A DNA stretch of 64,000 nucleotides from Patescibacteria group bacterium (GCA_041662625.1 JBAZSB010000001.1:681385-745384), one strand, 5' to 3'; shown: positions 30,910-39,877, numbered from the stretch's first letter. Notes: a model not told the origin generated them from the sequence alone. A program made the numbers and translations.

Positions 30910-30949
30910 GAGGGGAAAGGATTGTTTACAGTCGTTCCTTGGAAAACGC

Positions 30950-31480
30950 TTACAGCGTTTGGCTAGCTCCATCGCTAGTCTTTTTCTTTTTTAAAAAACC
31001 TAAAACTAAAATTCCAACGCCAAAAGTAATCAGGCAATCCGCTAAATTAAAAACCGTGAACCAGGGCGCATCAATATAATCAATTACAAAACCAAAGCGT
31101 AAGCGGTCAATTAAATTAGAAATGGCACCAACAATAATCAGAGTTAAAGTAAAAACCTCCAAGAACTTCTGCTGACGATAAGCTTTAAGTAAAAAACTGA
31201 CTAAAATAAAAATAACAAGAATAGTTAAGATTAAAAGCAACCAATAGTTGAACGGAACACCAAAAGCAATACCAGAATTTCTTGCCAACTGAAAAGAAAA
31301 TAAACCAGAAAAAAAATCACCACCAAGTATTTTGGCGGGATTTTTTAAAAAGTAAAGTTTTAATATCCGGTCAACAATAAATAGAATTAACCCTAATAAA
31401 TTGACGGCAATATATTTTTTTAAATTTAATATTTGTGCCATTCGTATATCCCGATTCCTAAATTTATTTATAAATATCAT
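30950..31480 (-). CDS. lspA: lipoprotein signal peptidase II
   Basis: 176 aa; ...ARNSGIAFGV..., ...FGFVIDYIDAPWFTVFNLADCLITFGV... conserved LspA blocks; likely start at the internal MAQ. Confidence 0.8.
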   Translation of the reverse strand: MIFINKFRNRDIRMAQILNLKKYIAVNLLGLILFIVDRILKLYFLKNPAKILGGDFFSGLFSFQLARNSGIAFGVPFNYWLLLILTILVIFILVSFLLKAYRQQKFLEVFTLTLIIVGAISNLIDRLRFGFVIDYIDAPWFTVFNLADCLITFGVGILVLGFLKKKKTSDGASQTL

Positions 31481-31522
31481 CGGGATCCCGACTGAACGAA
31501 GCTAAACATCGGGACATTCGCA

Positions 31523-31945
31523 TTATTCTTCGCCTTTTAATTTCTTTTTACAAGCAACACAAGAACTGGAAGTCGGCCTGATTAGCAATCGCTTTTCTTC
31601 AATCGGTTGACCGCAATGCTTGCAGATTCCATATTTACCTTTAGCAACATTGTCTAAAGATTTATTAACATCACGAAGCTGCTTTTCTAAAGCGTGCTCC
31701 AAAGATAAACGATCGCTGTATTCCGCTACCTCGGCCGCATTCTCATCTTCTTTATTACCATACTCAGGAAATTCTGATTGGTAATTATCTTTGATCTTCA
31801 AATCTTTTTTGGTAAAATTAACCAATTCTTTTTCTAGATGCTTCTTTTCTTCTTCAAGACTCTTTTTAATTGTCTCTAAAGTTTGTTTATCCATACTCTT
31901 GTTAGTTAACCTTATTTTATCTATATCCTTTTTTCTTTTCGCCAA
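31523..31945 (-). CDS. DksA/TraR-family C4 zinc-finger protein
   Basis: 140 aa; coiled-coil N-terminus, C-terminal CKHCGQPIEEKRLLIRPTSSSCVACKKK four-Cys finger. Confidence 0.6.
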   Translation of the reverse strand: MAKRKKDIDKIRLTNKSMDKQTLETIKKSLEEEKKHLEKELVNFTKKDLKIKDNYQSEFPEYGNKEDENAAEVAEYSDRLSLEHALEKQLRDVNKSLDNVAKGKYGICKHCGQPIEEKRLLIRPTSSSCVACKKKLKGEE

Positions 31946-31995
31946 CCAATATAATTAGTATATCATTATTGGAGTATATCAACAAGGACTTAAGG

Positions 31996-32023
31996 TAAAA
32001 GAAAAAGGGCGGTTGTACCGCCC
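31996..32023 (-). terminator. intrinsic terminator hairpin (GGGCGG-TACAA-CCGCCC + T-run on minus strand)
   Basis: Perfect 6-bp GC stem followed by CTTTTTCTTTT on the minus strand; ends a structured non-coding segment (see findings). Confidence 0.55.
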
Positions 32024-32240
32024 AAACTCTGTAAGTATGTGGCGTCCGCCCTTTAATAACCTCTGTCGGACGCCTGGGTGTTCAGTAGAGAGAAAACCAA
32101 ACTTGGTTTTCTGCCTGCTGAACACTCAGACATTGACCGCCAGAAGCGGCTAATGCTTCTACTGACTGAAGCGCTCCTCTACCTTTCTTTGGTTAGGACG
32201 CTCTTTTTAGGGTCCTGCAACCGCTATTTTTGTTTTTGTT
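32000..32240 (-). ncRNA. candidate structured ncRNA (unclassified), minus strand, terminating at the 31996-32023 hairpin
   Basis: About 240 nt ORF-free, locally GC-enriched, multiple nested stems (GGCGTCCG/CGGACGCC; GTGTTCAG/CTGAACAC; GAAAACCAA/TTGGTTTTC); no match I can see to tmRNA, RNase P or SRP core motifs. Confidence 0.3.
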
Positions 32241-32507
32241 TTTGTAGGATATAGTCAGCTGTATATCCCAATAAAGTTTAAGAATAGTAGAGAAGAAAAA
32301 AATTCCTCCAAATAAGACTTGGGGAAATCTTTCTAAGTTTTCAAAATAGCGGTTATATTATTAATATATCATAGATACATACCTATGTCAATATTAATGG
32401 TGGATAAATAAAAAAATTGCTTTATTTTAGCAATTTTATTGTCTTTACAAAACAAAACAAATCTTGTTTATTAATTAATACATTATCAACATTTTATCCA
32501 CATGCAG

Positions 32508-33968
32508 TTATAAGCCAAAAAGGCAGCCAAGGTTGGCTCCCAATGTGTATTCTTTAACCATAATCAGGCCAGCTGGCAGATAAACCTCATAGTCCTTTGG
32601 ACTATTGTTATTAAAAACCGAAAAACGATTGCTGACGCCACATTGTACCGTCAGATCATTCAAGTTGATATCAGTATTACTCAAAAATTCTTTTAGTAAG
32701 CCGGCTTTACTAGCAATAAAGAATTTATCACCCCGAGCTAAATAACTAATCTCAAAATTGAGTTTTGGTTCCGTCAAATAGTTAATTTCCGAATCGGTCT
32801 TTTGCCATTGCCAAATTTCGGGTTTAGCTAAGAGCTCAGTGACCGAACTGCCATCGGGTAACAAGTAAGCAACAGGCTTAGGTAATTTTTGAGCCAAAGT
32901 AATTTTTATTAACTCCTTAAAATTATTAATCTGTTCTTCTTCTAATTGAGGTAAAACCAAAATATAATCAAAGCCTAAAAAAGTATCTGTACCATCTTTA
33001 AAAACTATCAAATCAGCTGGCTGGTCTAAAAACTTAGTTGCCGCAGCTAAATCAAAATTATAGATTGACTTTAAGCTTTCGTCTGTCTGCTGAAAAAATT
33101 CCGGCCGGGCTGAATCAATATTACTCCAAGCTCCTAAAACCTCGGGTAAATTTACTCCCGAGATATAAAAACTAAAATTTTTAGGCAAAAATGTAACCAA
33201 GGGTTGATGTGAAGTGGTATTAAAAAAATTAATGCCACTTAACTTGAATCGCCATTGCCCTTGTCTTTTAAAAAAGGAAAGGTAAATGTCTTCTTTCATC
33301 AATTGCCCAAAAATTTTACTTGGCAAATCCGAACGTTTATTTAAATACGATTTTAAATTATCTGAATCAAGATATAAGCTTAATGGTGCTTTGCCAAATC
33401 TTTTCAAATTAACTTGCGTGGCTAAAGAAAAAATTGAACCCCCAGATACCGCTTCGATTCTGGCCAACGTCTTGGGATTACCAGCAACAACTAAAATGTT
33501 GCCTGGTAAAACTAACTTATTGGCAAATCGGGCAGAAATCGATCCCAACTCATCAGACGTTTTAAATTTAAAAATGAAAACTTGATCCAGACTACCATCT
33601 TCATTAGCCAAAATTACTAGGCCGGCTTGAAAAGACTTGGCTAATAAATCTTTCTGCAGATTAACCTGGGAGAAGATTTCATTTTTCTCAGTTACCTGAA
33701 AAAAATTGGGAAATGGTAAATCACTGATTGGTTGGTCTTGCCAAGGCCAAATTGCATCACGGGTGTGAACATACAAAATGGCATCAAGGGGAACTAACTT
33801 AATTAGGTAATCATTAGTCTGATAGTGCCACCAAAAATAAACCACTCCCGAAAAAATGAGGGAAAGAAAAATCCCTCCCAAAATTACTCCTGGCATCAAC
33901 TTTTTCCCAGGTAAAGATTTAACTTCTCCTGGTTTTTGAGGAGTCTGATTTTGAGAGGGACTTTCCAT
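32508..33968 (-). CDS. hypothetical membrane-anchored extracytoplasmic protein
   Basis: 486 aa; single N-terminal TM (...GVILGGIFLSLIFSGVVYFWW...), large soluble domain, no recognised motif. Confidence 0.4.
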   Translation of the reverse strand: MESPSQNQTPQKPGEVKSLPGKKLMPGVILGGIFLSLIFSGVVYFWWHYQTNDYLIKLVPLDAILYVHTRDAIWPWQDQPISDLPFPNFFQVTEKNEIFSQVNLQKDLLAKSFQAGLVILANEDGSLDQVFIFKFKTSDELGSISARFANKLVLPGNILVVAGNPKTLARIEAVSGGSIFSLATQVNLKRFGKAPLSLYLDSDNLKSYLNKRSDLPSKIFGQLMKEDIYLSFFKRQGQWRFKLSGINFFNTTSHQPLVTFLPKNFSFYISGVNLPEVLGAWSNIDSARPEFFQQTDESLKSIYNFDLAAATKFLDQPADLIVFKDGTDTFLGFDYILVLPQLEEEQINNFKELIKITLAQKLPKPVAYLLPDGSSVTELLAKPEIWQWQKTDSEINYLTEPKLNFEISYLARGDKFFIASKAGLLKEFLSNTDINLNDLTVQCGVSNRFSVFNNNSPKDYEVYLPAGLIMVKEYTLGANLGCLFGL

Positions 33969-33991
33969 GTTTTTCTCCAGCGAGAATTATT

Positions 33992-36196
33992 TTAGAATCT
34001 TTTTTGACTGCGCTTGAAGAATCCTTTGTCTTTCCTTGGGGCAGAATCGGAATTAGAATCCCGATCGGATTTTGGCAATAAAGCTTTTATCGATAAATTA
34101 ATCCGACCCTTTTCATCAATTTTAATTACCTTAACTTTAACGACATCACCAATTTTGACAATATCAGAAACATTATTGACTCGATAGTTGGCAAGTTCGG
34201 AGATATGAACCATACCTTCCTGGCCGGGCAAAACTTCAACCATCGCCCCGAAGTCAAATAGCCGAGTGACTTTACCTTCAAAAACTTCACCAATTTCAAC
34301 TACTCGGACAATATTTTTAATCCATTCTTCAGCCTTTTTCCCGTTTTCACTATCAAGGGCGGTGATCATGACTAAGCCGTCGGGTTCAATATCAATTTGA
34401 ACGCCAGTCTGGGCGATAATTTCATTAATGACTTTGCCGCCCGGACCAATAACTTCCCGGATCTTGTCCGGATTAATGCTAAACGAAATAATCCGCGGCG
34501 CATAAGGCGAAAGGTCGGCTCGGGGGCTGCTGATAACTTTATCCATGGTTTTTAGAATCTCCGCCCTGGCCAAAGCGCCCTGTTCCAAAGTTTCCTTGAC
34601 TACAGCCAAAGGCAAACCTTTGGTTTTAGTATCCATTTGCATCGCGGTAATTCCGTCCTTGGTACCGGCGATTTTAAAGTCCATACCGCCGGCCCCGTCT
34701 TCCAAATCCTGCAAATCGGTCAAAACTTTGTATTTGCCTTTTTCTTCATCTGAGGCTAAACCCATGGCAATGCCGGCAACGGCTTTTTTAATCGGCACAC
34801 CGGCATCCATTAAAGCTAAACTTGAACCGCAGACTGAAGCCTGCGAAGAAGAACCATTTGAACCCAAGACTTCTGAAACAACCCGGATGGTGTAAGGAAA
34901 ATCTTCTTTAGCCGGAATTAAAGTCCGTAACGCTTTTTCGGCCAAAGCGCCATGGCCGATTTCCCGCCGGCCCGGTGAACCTAAACGGCCGGTTTCGCCG
35001 ACTGAATAAGGCGGAAAATTATAATGATGCATAAATCTCTTTCTGCCGCTTTCTTCCAAACCTTCCAAAAACTGTTCGTCGCCCGGCGCGCCTAAAGTCA
35101 CAATTGACAAAACTTGAGTTTCACCGCGGTTAAACAAAGCAGAGCCGTGAGTCCGCGGCAAAAGCGCAACCTGAACATCCAGCGGCCGGACTTCATTTAA
35201 TTTGCGGCCATCAACTCTTTTGCCATCCTCTAAAATAGCGCGGGTAACTTCTTTCTCCACAAATTCATCAAATAACGGTACGGCTTTTTTTCGCCGATCC
35301 TTGCCAATCCCCTCTTTTTCCAAATAAGCCAGCATCTCTTCTTCAGCCTTGACTAAAGCTTCCTTTCTTGAAGCCTTAGTATCTAATTTCTGATCAAATA
35401 AAATTTTGGGGATATTACTGCCAAGCCATTCTCCGACTTTCTTGACCAACTCTTTGTGGGATTCCGGCGTTTCTTCTTCTTCAGCGTTAAGCGGCAATGC
35501 TGGGGCAACTTTTGGTTTGCCAATGGCTTTGACTACCTCGTCAATTAAATCAATGATTTTTCTAATGTGTTTCAAAGAAAATTCAACGGCGTCATAAACC
35601 ACTTCTTCGCTGACTTCCAAAGCGTCCGCTTCTATCATTAAAACTTTATCTTTAATGGCGGCAATTACCAAATCCAATTCACTCTTTTCTCTTGCCTCAA
35701 AAGTCGGATTCAAAACCCATTCGCCGTCAATCCGACCGATGCGCAAACCGCCCAGCGGTCCGGCCCAGGGAATATTGGACATGGCTAAAGCCGCAGAAGC
35801 GGCGATTAAGCCGACAATATCCGAATCATTTTCCGCATCAAAAGACAAAACCGTTAAAATGACCTGAACTTCATTTTTAATATCCTTAGGGAAAAGCGGC
35901 CGAATACAACGATCAACCAAGCGCGAAGTTAAAATGGCTTCATCAGAAGGCCGACCCTCCCGTTTAATCCAGCGGCTGCCTTTGATTTTCCCGGCAGCAT
36001 ATAATCTTTCTTCGTAATCGACAGAAAGCGGAAAATAATTCACCCCTTCTCGAATCCCACCCATAACCGCCGTAGCTAAAACAACCGTATCGCCATAGCG
36101 TACGGTACAAGAACCATGAGCCTGCTGAGCCAGCTCATTGGTTTCAATAATTAATTTTTTTCCGGCAAAATCAGCCTCAAAAGTTTTTGGCTTCAT
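33992..36196 (-). CDS. pnp: polyribonucleotide nucleotidyltransferase (PNPase)
   Basis: 734 aa; two RNase PH domains, ...GGGMDFKIAGTKDGITAMQMD..., C-terminal KH and S1 domains. Confidence 0.9.
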   Translation of the reverse strand: MKPKTFEADFAGKKLIIETNELAQQAHGSCTVRYGDTVVLATAVMGGIREGVNYFPLSVDYEERLYAAGKIKGSRWIKREGRPSDEAILTSRLVDRCIRPLFPKDIKNEVQVILTVLSFDAENDSDIVGLIAASAALAMSNIPWAGPLGGLRIGRIDGEWVLNPTFEAREKSELDLVIAAIKDKVLMIEADALEVSEEVVYDAVEFSLKHIRKIIDLIDEVVKAIGKPKVAPALPLNAEEEETPESHKELVKKVGEWLGSNIPKILFDQKLDTKASRKEALVKAEEEMLAYLEKEGIGKDRRKKAVPLFDEFVEKEVTRAILEDGKRVDGRKLNEVRPLDVQVALLPRTHGSALFNRGETQVLSIVTLGAPGDEQFLEGLEESGRKRFMHHYNFPPYSVGETGRLGSPGRREIGHGALAEKALRTLIPAKEDFPYTIRVVSEVLGSNGSSSQASVCGSSLALMDAGVPIKKAVAGIAMGLASDEEKGKYKVLTDLQDLEDGAGGMDFKIAGTKDGITAMQMDTKTKGLPLAVVKETLEQGALARAEILKTMDKVISSPRADLSPYAPRIISFSINPDKIREVIGPGGKVINEIIAQTGVQIDIEPDGLVMITALDSENGKKAEEWIKNIVRVVEIGEVFEGKVTRLFDFGAMVEVLPGQEGMVHISELANYRVNNVSDIVKIGDVVKVKVIKIDEKGRINLSIKALLPKSDRDSNSDSAPRKDKGFFKRSQKRF

Positions 36197-36324
36197 ACTA
36201 CAATCCTTTCTGGCTGATCTACCTAAATGACGTTACTAGTATTTACCTAGACCCCGATTCGCATCGGCGTCAAATAACTACTAACAACGTTTGTTGTATA
36301 AATCAGCCTAAATTTAATTTTTAA

Positions 36325-36918
36325 TTATCTTCTGGTTAATCTTTTAATGTCAGGGATAAACCGCATTTTTTTCTGACTGGTAATCAAATAATTTTTTAGA
36401 TCTTGGCCCAGGTCAATAAAATCATCCGCTGCATCAATTAATTTCGAAGAAGTCGTCTTACCAAAGGCAATCACCTCAACCTGACAACCTTTATTTTCTT
36501 TTAAATAAGTAACTAAAGGAATATAATCACCATCACCGGAAACTAAAACGACACTATCTAACTTATCGGCCATTTTAATCGCATCAATAGCGACACCAAC
36601 GTCCCAATCCGCTTTTTTTGCCCCACCGGCAAAAATTTGTAAATCTTTAGCCTTAACTTCAAAGCCTTGACTGCTTAAAGCGCCAAAAAAACCTCGCTCT
36701 TCTTCTGATTCAGAACGAATCACATAAGCGATAGCGCGAATTAGTTTTCGGCCGGCCGTAGCGGTTTTTAAAACTTCTTTAAAATTAACTTTGGCGCTAT
36801 ATAAATTTTTGGCCGAGTGATACATGTTGGCAACGTCAATAAAAACGCCAACTCTTTGTTCTCGATGTTTTATCATAGAATTATTTCTTAACACCCCGAG
36901 CGAACCTAAATTTATCAA
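36325..36918 (-). CDS. NYN-domain (LabA/DUF88-like) protein
   Basis: 197 aa; ...VGVFIDVANMYHS..., ...VVLVSGDGDYIPLV... NYN/PIN-like acidic motifs. Confidence 0.65.
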   Translation of the reverse strand: MINLGSLGVLRNNSMIKHREQRVGVFIDVANMYHSAKNLYSAKVNFKEVLKTATAGRKLIRAIAYVIRSESEEERGFFGALSSQGFEVKAKDLQIFAGGAKKADWDVGVAIDAIKMADKLDSVVLVSGDGDYIPLVTYLKENKGCQVEVIAFGKTTSSKLIDAADDFIDLGQDLKNYLITSQKKMRFIPDIKRLTRR

Positions 36919-36969
36919 AGTAGAGCCGAGGGGTGCTTGATCATAAATATAATTTTATAAAATTAAAAA

Positions 36970-37380
36970 TTATTCTGTCACTTCTTCAACCTCAGGTTCT
37001 TCGACTTCTAAATTTTCTTCCTGGTCGAGCAGTTTTTTCTCTTCCACTTCAGCCTGGGTCAAAACGACTTTTAACTTCAAATCTTTAATGAGTTTACTAT
37101 AAGCTTTCTCGTCTTCCCGTCTTAAATAATTTAAAAGCCGCCGGCGTTCAGCTACTTTCTTCAATAAGCCACGGCGGGAAGAAAAATCCTTTTTATGAGT
37201 TTTTAAGTGTTTGGTTAATTCCTTGATTTCTTCGGTCAAAATCGCGATTTGGACCTGGGAAGAACCGGTATCGCTGTTATGAGTCTTGTACTTAGCGATA
37301 ATCTTTTCCTTTTTCTTTTTGTTCAACATGTTAGCTTGGCCTTTCGGAGACGTTTTTCCAAGCTTTGTCGAAGACCTCAA
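36970..37380 (-). CDS. rpsO: 30S ribosomal protein S15 with acidic C-terminal extension
   Basis: ...IIAKYKTHNSDTGSSQVQIAILTEEIKELTKHLKTHKKDFSSRRGLLKKVAERRRLLNYL...; true start probably the internal MLNKKKK; about 35-aa E-rich tail; rpsO-pnp order conserved. Confidence 0.8.
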   Translation of the reverse strand: MRSSTKLGKTSPKGQANMLNKKKKEKIIAKYKTHNSDTGSSQVQIAILTEEIKELTKHLKTHKKDFSSRRGLLKKVAERRRLLNYLRREDEKAYSKLIKDLKLKVVLTQAEVEEKKLLDQEENLEVEEPEVEEVTE

Positions 37381-37479
37381 GTGACCCCGAGCTTTTCAAA
37401 GGGAATCGAGAGGTCAAAATGGCAAAGCCGAGAAACCGTCTTTATTGATTAAATCATACTAGATAATAACATAACCCAA

Positions 37480-37498
37480 TTTTATTGTCAATATAAAG
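37480..37498. repeat. TTTTATTGTCAATA(A/T)AAAG boundary motif copy 1
   Basis: Motif recurs at 38083-38103 and 38488-38508, bracketing two GC-rich blocks. Confidence 0.6.
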
Positions 37499-37553
37499 AA
37501 AAACTTCGCCGAAACGAAGCTTCTGATATTAGTCCTCCAAAAAAAGAGCGGGG

Positions 37554-38033
37554 TTAGATCCCTTGACTGGCAACCAGGAGAACGCCCTGATTTGCTTCCT
37601 CGGGTTTGGGCTGGGGTTTCAGCCGGCTGGGATCGATGACGAGGTAGATGGAGACAAAGGTGACGTGAATCGTCTCCTCGGCTTCCTTATTCCCTTCCGA
37701 TTCCCCTTCCGGTTCTTCATTAATCATTGTTGCCCACCGGTCTATGAGCGGGTCTCGGCTGGCTGGCGGGTTTGCCACGAGTAAGGGATAAGCTGGCATC
37801 GGCCGGCTCAAGCGATCTGATCGGTGGTGACCGTAGCTCAGATGGCCCCGGATTATACCATTAACTTCAGAGGTAAATCCATAGTTTGTAGTCGCTCTTT
37901 CCTTCAAACTGCCAATCTGTATTTGCTGGCAGTAAATCACCCCGCCTAAACCGGCGATTACTGCCACCAAAGCCAATACTCCTAAAGTCAGGCTCCGGTT
38001 GCTCCATCCACTGCTTGCTGGTTTCTCATACAT
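37554..38033 (-). CDS. hypothetical signal-anchored protein in GC-rich block A (possibly foreign or decaying)
   Basis: 159 aa; N-terminal TM, His-rich and acidic stretches; about 55% GC; no family recognised. Confidence 0.25.
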   Translation of the reverse strand: MYEKPASSGWSNRSLTLGVLALVAVIAGLGGVIYCQQIQIGSLKERATTNYGFTSEVNGIIRGHLSYGHHRSDRLSRPMPAYPLLVANPPASRDPLIDRWATMINEEPEGESEGNKEAEETIHVTFVSIYLVIDPSRLKPQPKPEEANQGVLLVASQGI

Positions 38034-38082
38034 AACCGAGTCCTCCCTGGTTGTACAGCTTTTTAATTTAACACTTTTTAAA

Positions 38083-38103
38083 TTTTATTGTCAATAAAAA
38101 AAG
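38083..38103. repeat. TTTTATTGTCAATAAAAAAAG boundary motif copy 2
   Basis: Between GC-rich blocks A and B. Confidence 0.6.
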
Positions 38104-38487
38104 ACTCCCACAAGAGGAGCCAAGGGCCAGGGTACAATTTCGAAACGAGAAGCCAGAAGCGGCTTCTAGTAAACACCCACGATGTTCGAACCGCCAACCA
38201 TCGCGCGAGTAGGACATTGGCCAAAACTGATTTCCTCGCCACTGGCCAGTCCGATCGAACGAAGGGTTGACGGGTAGCCAGGGACAATGTCCCGATGCCT
38301 TACTACAACGGGGCGGGCCGAAGGAAAGCCAATCTCTTTGCGACAGCAAAGCGTGATCGGGGCGCCAACAGCGACCCGTTTCAGAAATTCAATCACATCC
38401 TCAGTCATCATTTCACAAAACATGGGCTAAGCCCTCCATAGTCCACCTCAGCCTAGTTGCTGAAGTTTGCTTATTATATCTTATTGT

Positions 38488-38508
38488 CTAACCACGAACT
38501 TGTCAATA
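38488..38508. repeat. TTGTCAATAAAAAAA boundary motif copy 3 (with partial TTATTGTC 13 nt upstream)
   Basis: Right end of GC-rich block B. Confidence 0.6.
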
Positions 38509-38636
38509 AAAAAATTCCTCTTGGCAAAACCGGCCAAGTGTCGTAAAATGAAGTTAGAAAGTAGACCGGTAGATTGGTAGAACGGTAGGCAGCTCAATTA
38601 AATTCCTACCGATCTACTCCCCTACCAACCTAACCT

Positions 38637-39551
38637 ATGGAAAAACTCATCCGCCAATTTCTCGAATACCTTGAGGTCGAACGCGGCCGCAGTCTTAATA
38701 CTATTCAAAACTACGATTTTTATCTTAAGCGTTTTTTAAACTGGTCAAAAATAAATTCCCCAAGCCAAATTAATCAGGACCTGATCCGGACCTACCGGCT
38801 TTGGCTGAACCGACAAACCGACCGTTTGGGTAAACCATTAAAAAAATCCACCCAAAACTACCATTTAATTGCCCTCCGGTCATTTTTAAAATATCTGTCT
38901 AAGCAAGATGTTAAATCTTTTGCTCCCGAAAAAATTGAGCTGGCCAAGATGCCGGAAAGGCAAGTGGAATTTTTGGAAGGTGATGATTTGGAAAGATTAC
39001 TTGAAGCGCCTTTAAAAACTAGCGAGTCAAAAATTATCCAGTTGCGCGATAAAGCGATTTTGGAATTACTCTTTTCTACCGGCCTGCGGGTATCAGAGCT
39101 GGCTAACTTAAAAAAAGATCAAATCAATTTGAAAAAAGATGAATTTACCATTCGGGGCAAAGGCGAAAAACTGCGGGTGGTCTTTTTGTCCAACCAGACT
39201 AAATATTGGCTTAAACTTTACTCCGAAGCCCGGCGCGACCTTTCACCAAGTTTATTTGTCCGAGCTGATCGGGCTAAAGGCAAAAAAGACCCGGAAAATC
39301 TGACGCCCCGAAGCATCCAAAGGCTGATCAAAAAATATTCCAAAGCCGCTGGCATCACCAAAAAAGTTACACCTCATACCATGAGACATTCTTTTGCCAC
39401 TGACTTATTGATTAACGGCGCTGACATCCGTTCGGTCCAAGCGATGCTGGGCCATGCTTCAATCACCACCACCCAAATTTACACCCATATTACCAATCAG
39501 CAACTAAGGGAAGTTTATAAAACATTTCATCAGCGTCGTAAAAAGGGTTGA
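38637..39551 (+). CDS. xerC: tyrosine recombinase XerC/XerD-like
   Basis: 304 aa; core-binding N domain, ...IRGKGEKLRVVF..., HTMRHSFATDLL..., LGHASITTTQIYTHI (R..H-R-H/Y catalytic residues). Confidence 0.8.
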   Translation: MEKLIRQFLEYLEVERGRSLNTIQNYDFYLKRFLNWSKINSPSQINQDLIRTYRLWLNRQTDRLGKPLKKSTQNYHLIALRSFLKYLSKQDVKSFAPEKIELAKMPERQVEFLEGDDLERLLEAPLKTSESKIIQLRDKAILELLFSTGLRVSELANLKKDQINLKKDEFTIRGKGEKLRVVFLSNQTKYWLKLYSEARRDLSPSLFVRADRAKGKKDPENLTPRSIQRLIKKYSKAAGITKKVTPHTMRHSFATDLLINGADIRSVQAMLGHASITTTQIYTHITNQQLREVYKTFHQRRKKG

Positions 39552-39689
39552 CTTTAATTGTTTTTTTTGCTATAATTAATCGGTGTAAATTTTTAATTTC
39601 GAATTTCGAATTTTGATTCAATATTATAATATTTTAATATTCAAAATTGATTCAAAATTAAAAATTAAAAATTCTAAATTAATCGCCTT

Positions 39690-39766
39690 GTCCCAGTAGC
39701 TCAACTGGATAGAGCAACAGCCTTCTAAGCTGTAGGTTGAAGGTCCGAGTCCTTCCTGGGACGCCA
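39690..39766 (+). tRNA. tRNA-Arg (anticodon TCT), CCA encoded
   Basis: Hand-folded cloverleaf: acceptor GTCCCAG/CTGGGAC, D arm GCTC-AACTGGATA-GAGC, anticodon loop CTTCTAA, T arm GAAGG-TCCGAGT-CCTTC, discriminator G then CCA. Confidence 0.85.
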
Positions 39767-39767
39767 A

Positions 39768-39841
39768 GCGCCCATAGCTCAACTGGATAGAGCATCAGCT
39801 TCCGGAGCTGGGGGTTGTAGGTTCAAATCCTACTGGGCGCA
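39768..39841 (+). tRNA. tRNA-Arg (anticodon CCG)
   Basis: Acceptor GCGCCCA/TGGGCGC, anticodon loop TTCCGGA, T arm GTAGG-TTCAAAT-CCTAC, discriminator A; starts 1 nt after the previous tRNA. Confidence 0.85.
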
Positions 39842-39877
39842 CTATTCCAGATTTGACTTTACACATTTATATAGGAA

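Noticed and set aside
30642-31079. Four extra overlapping ORFs around the zinc-ribbon gene (30642..30881-, 30688..30972-, 30723..31079+, 30812..30994+)
   Set aside because: All arise from the same GC-rich 400 bp; only the 30649/30664 frame has an RBS and regular CxxC spacing.
1128-32240. tmRNA / RNase P / SRP RNA assignment for the GC-rich non-coding blocks (1128-1530, 28080-28520, 32000-32240)
   Set aside because: I could not find the P4 GGAAAGUCC..ACAGAA pairing, a tRNA-like GGTTCGA-ACCA 3' end with a tag ORF ending ..LAA, or the SRP GGAAGCAGCC domain IV motif; I left these blocks as unclassified candidates.
38068-38423. ORFs in GC-rich block B (38068..38349, 38078..38287, 38088..38270, 38166..38423)
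   Set aside because: Mutually overlapping on both strands, no RBS or motifs; I left block B uncalled and reported it only as an anomalous block.
38637-39551. XerC/D-like gene as the integrase of a second degraded island next to the tRNA-Arg pair
   Set aside because: Length and motifs fit chromosomal XerC/D rather than phage integrases; no flanking direct repeats of the tRNA-Arg 3' ends were seen. Kept as xerC-like with the adjacency noted.
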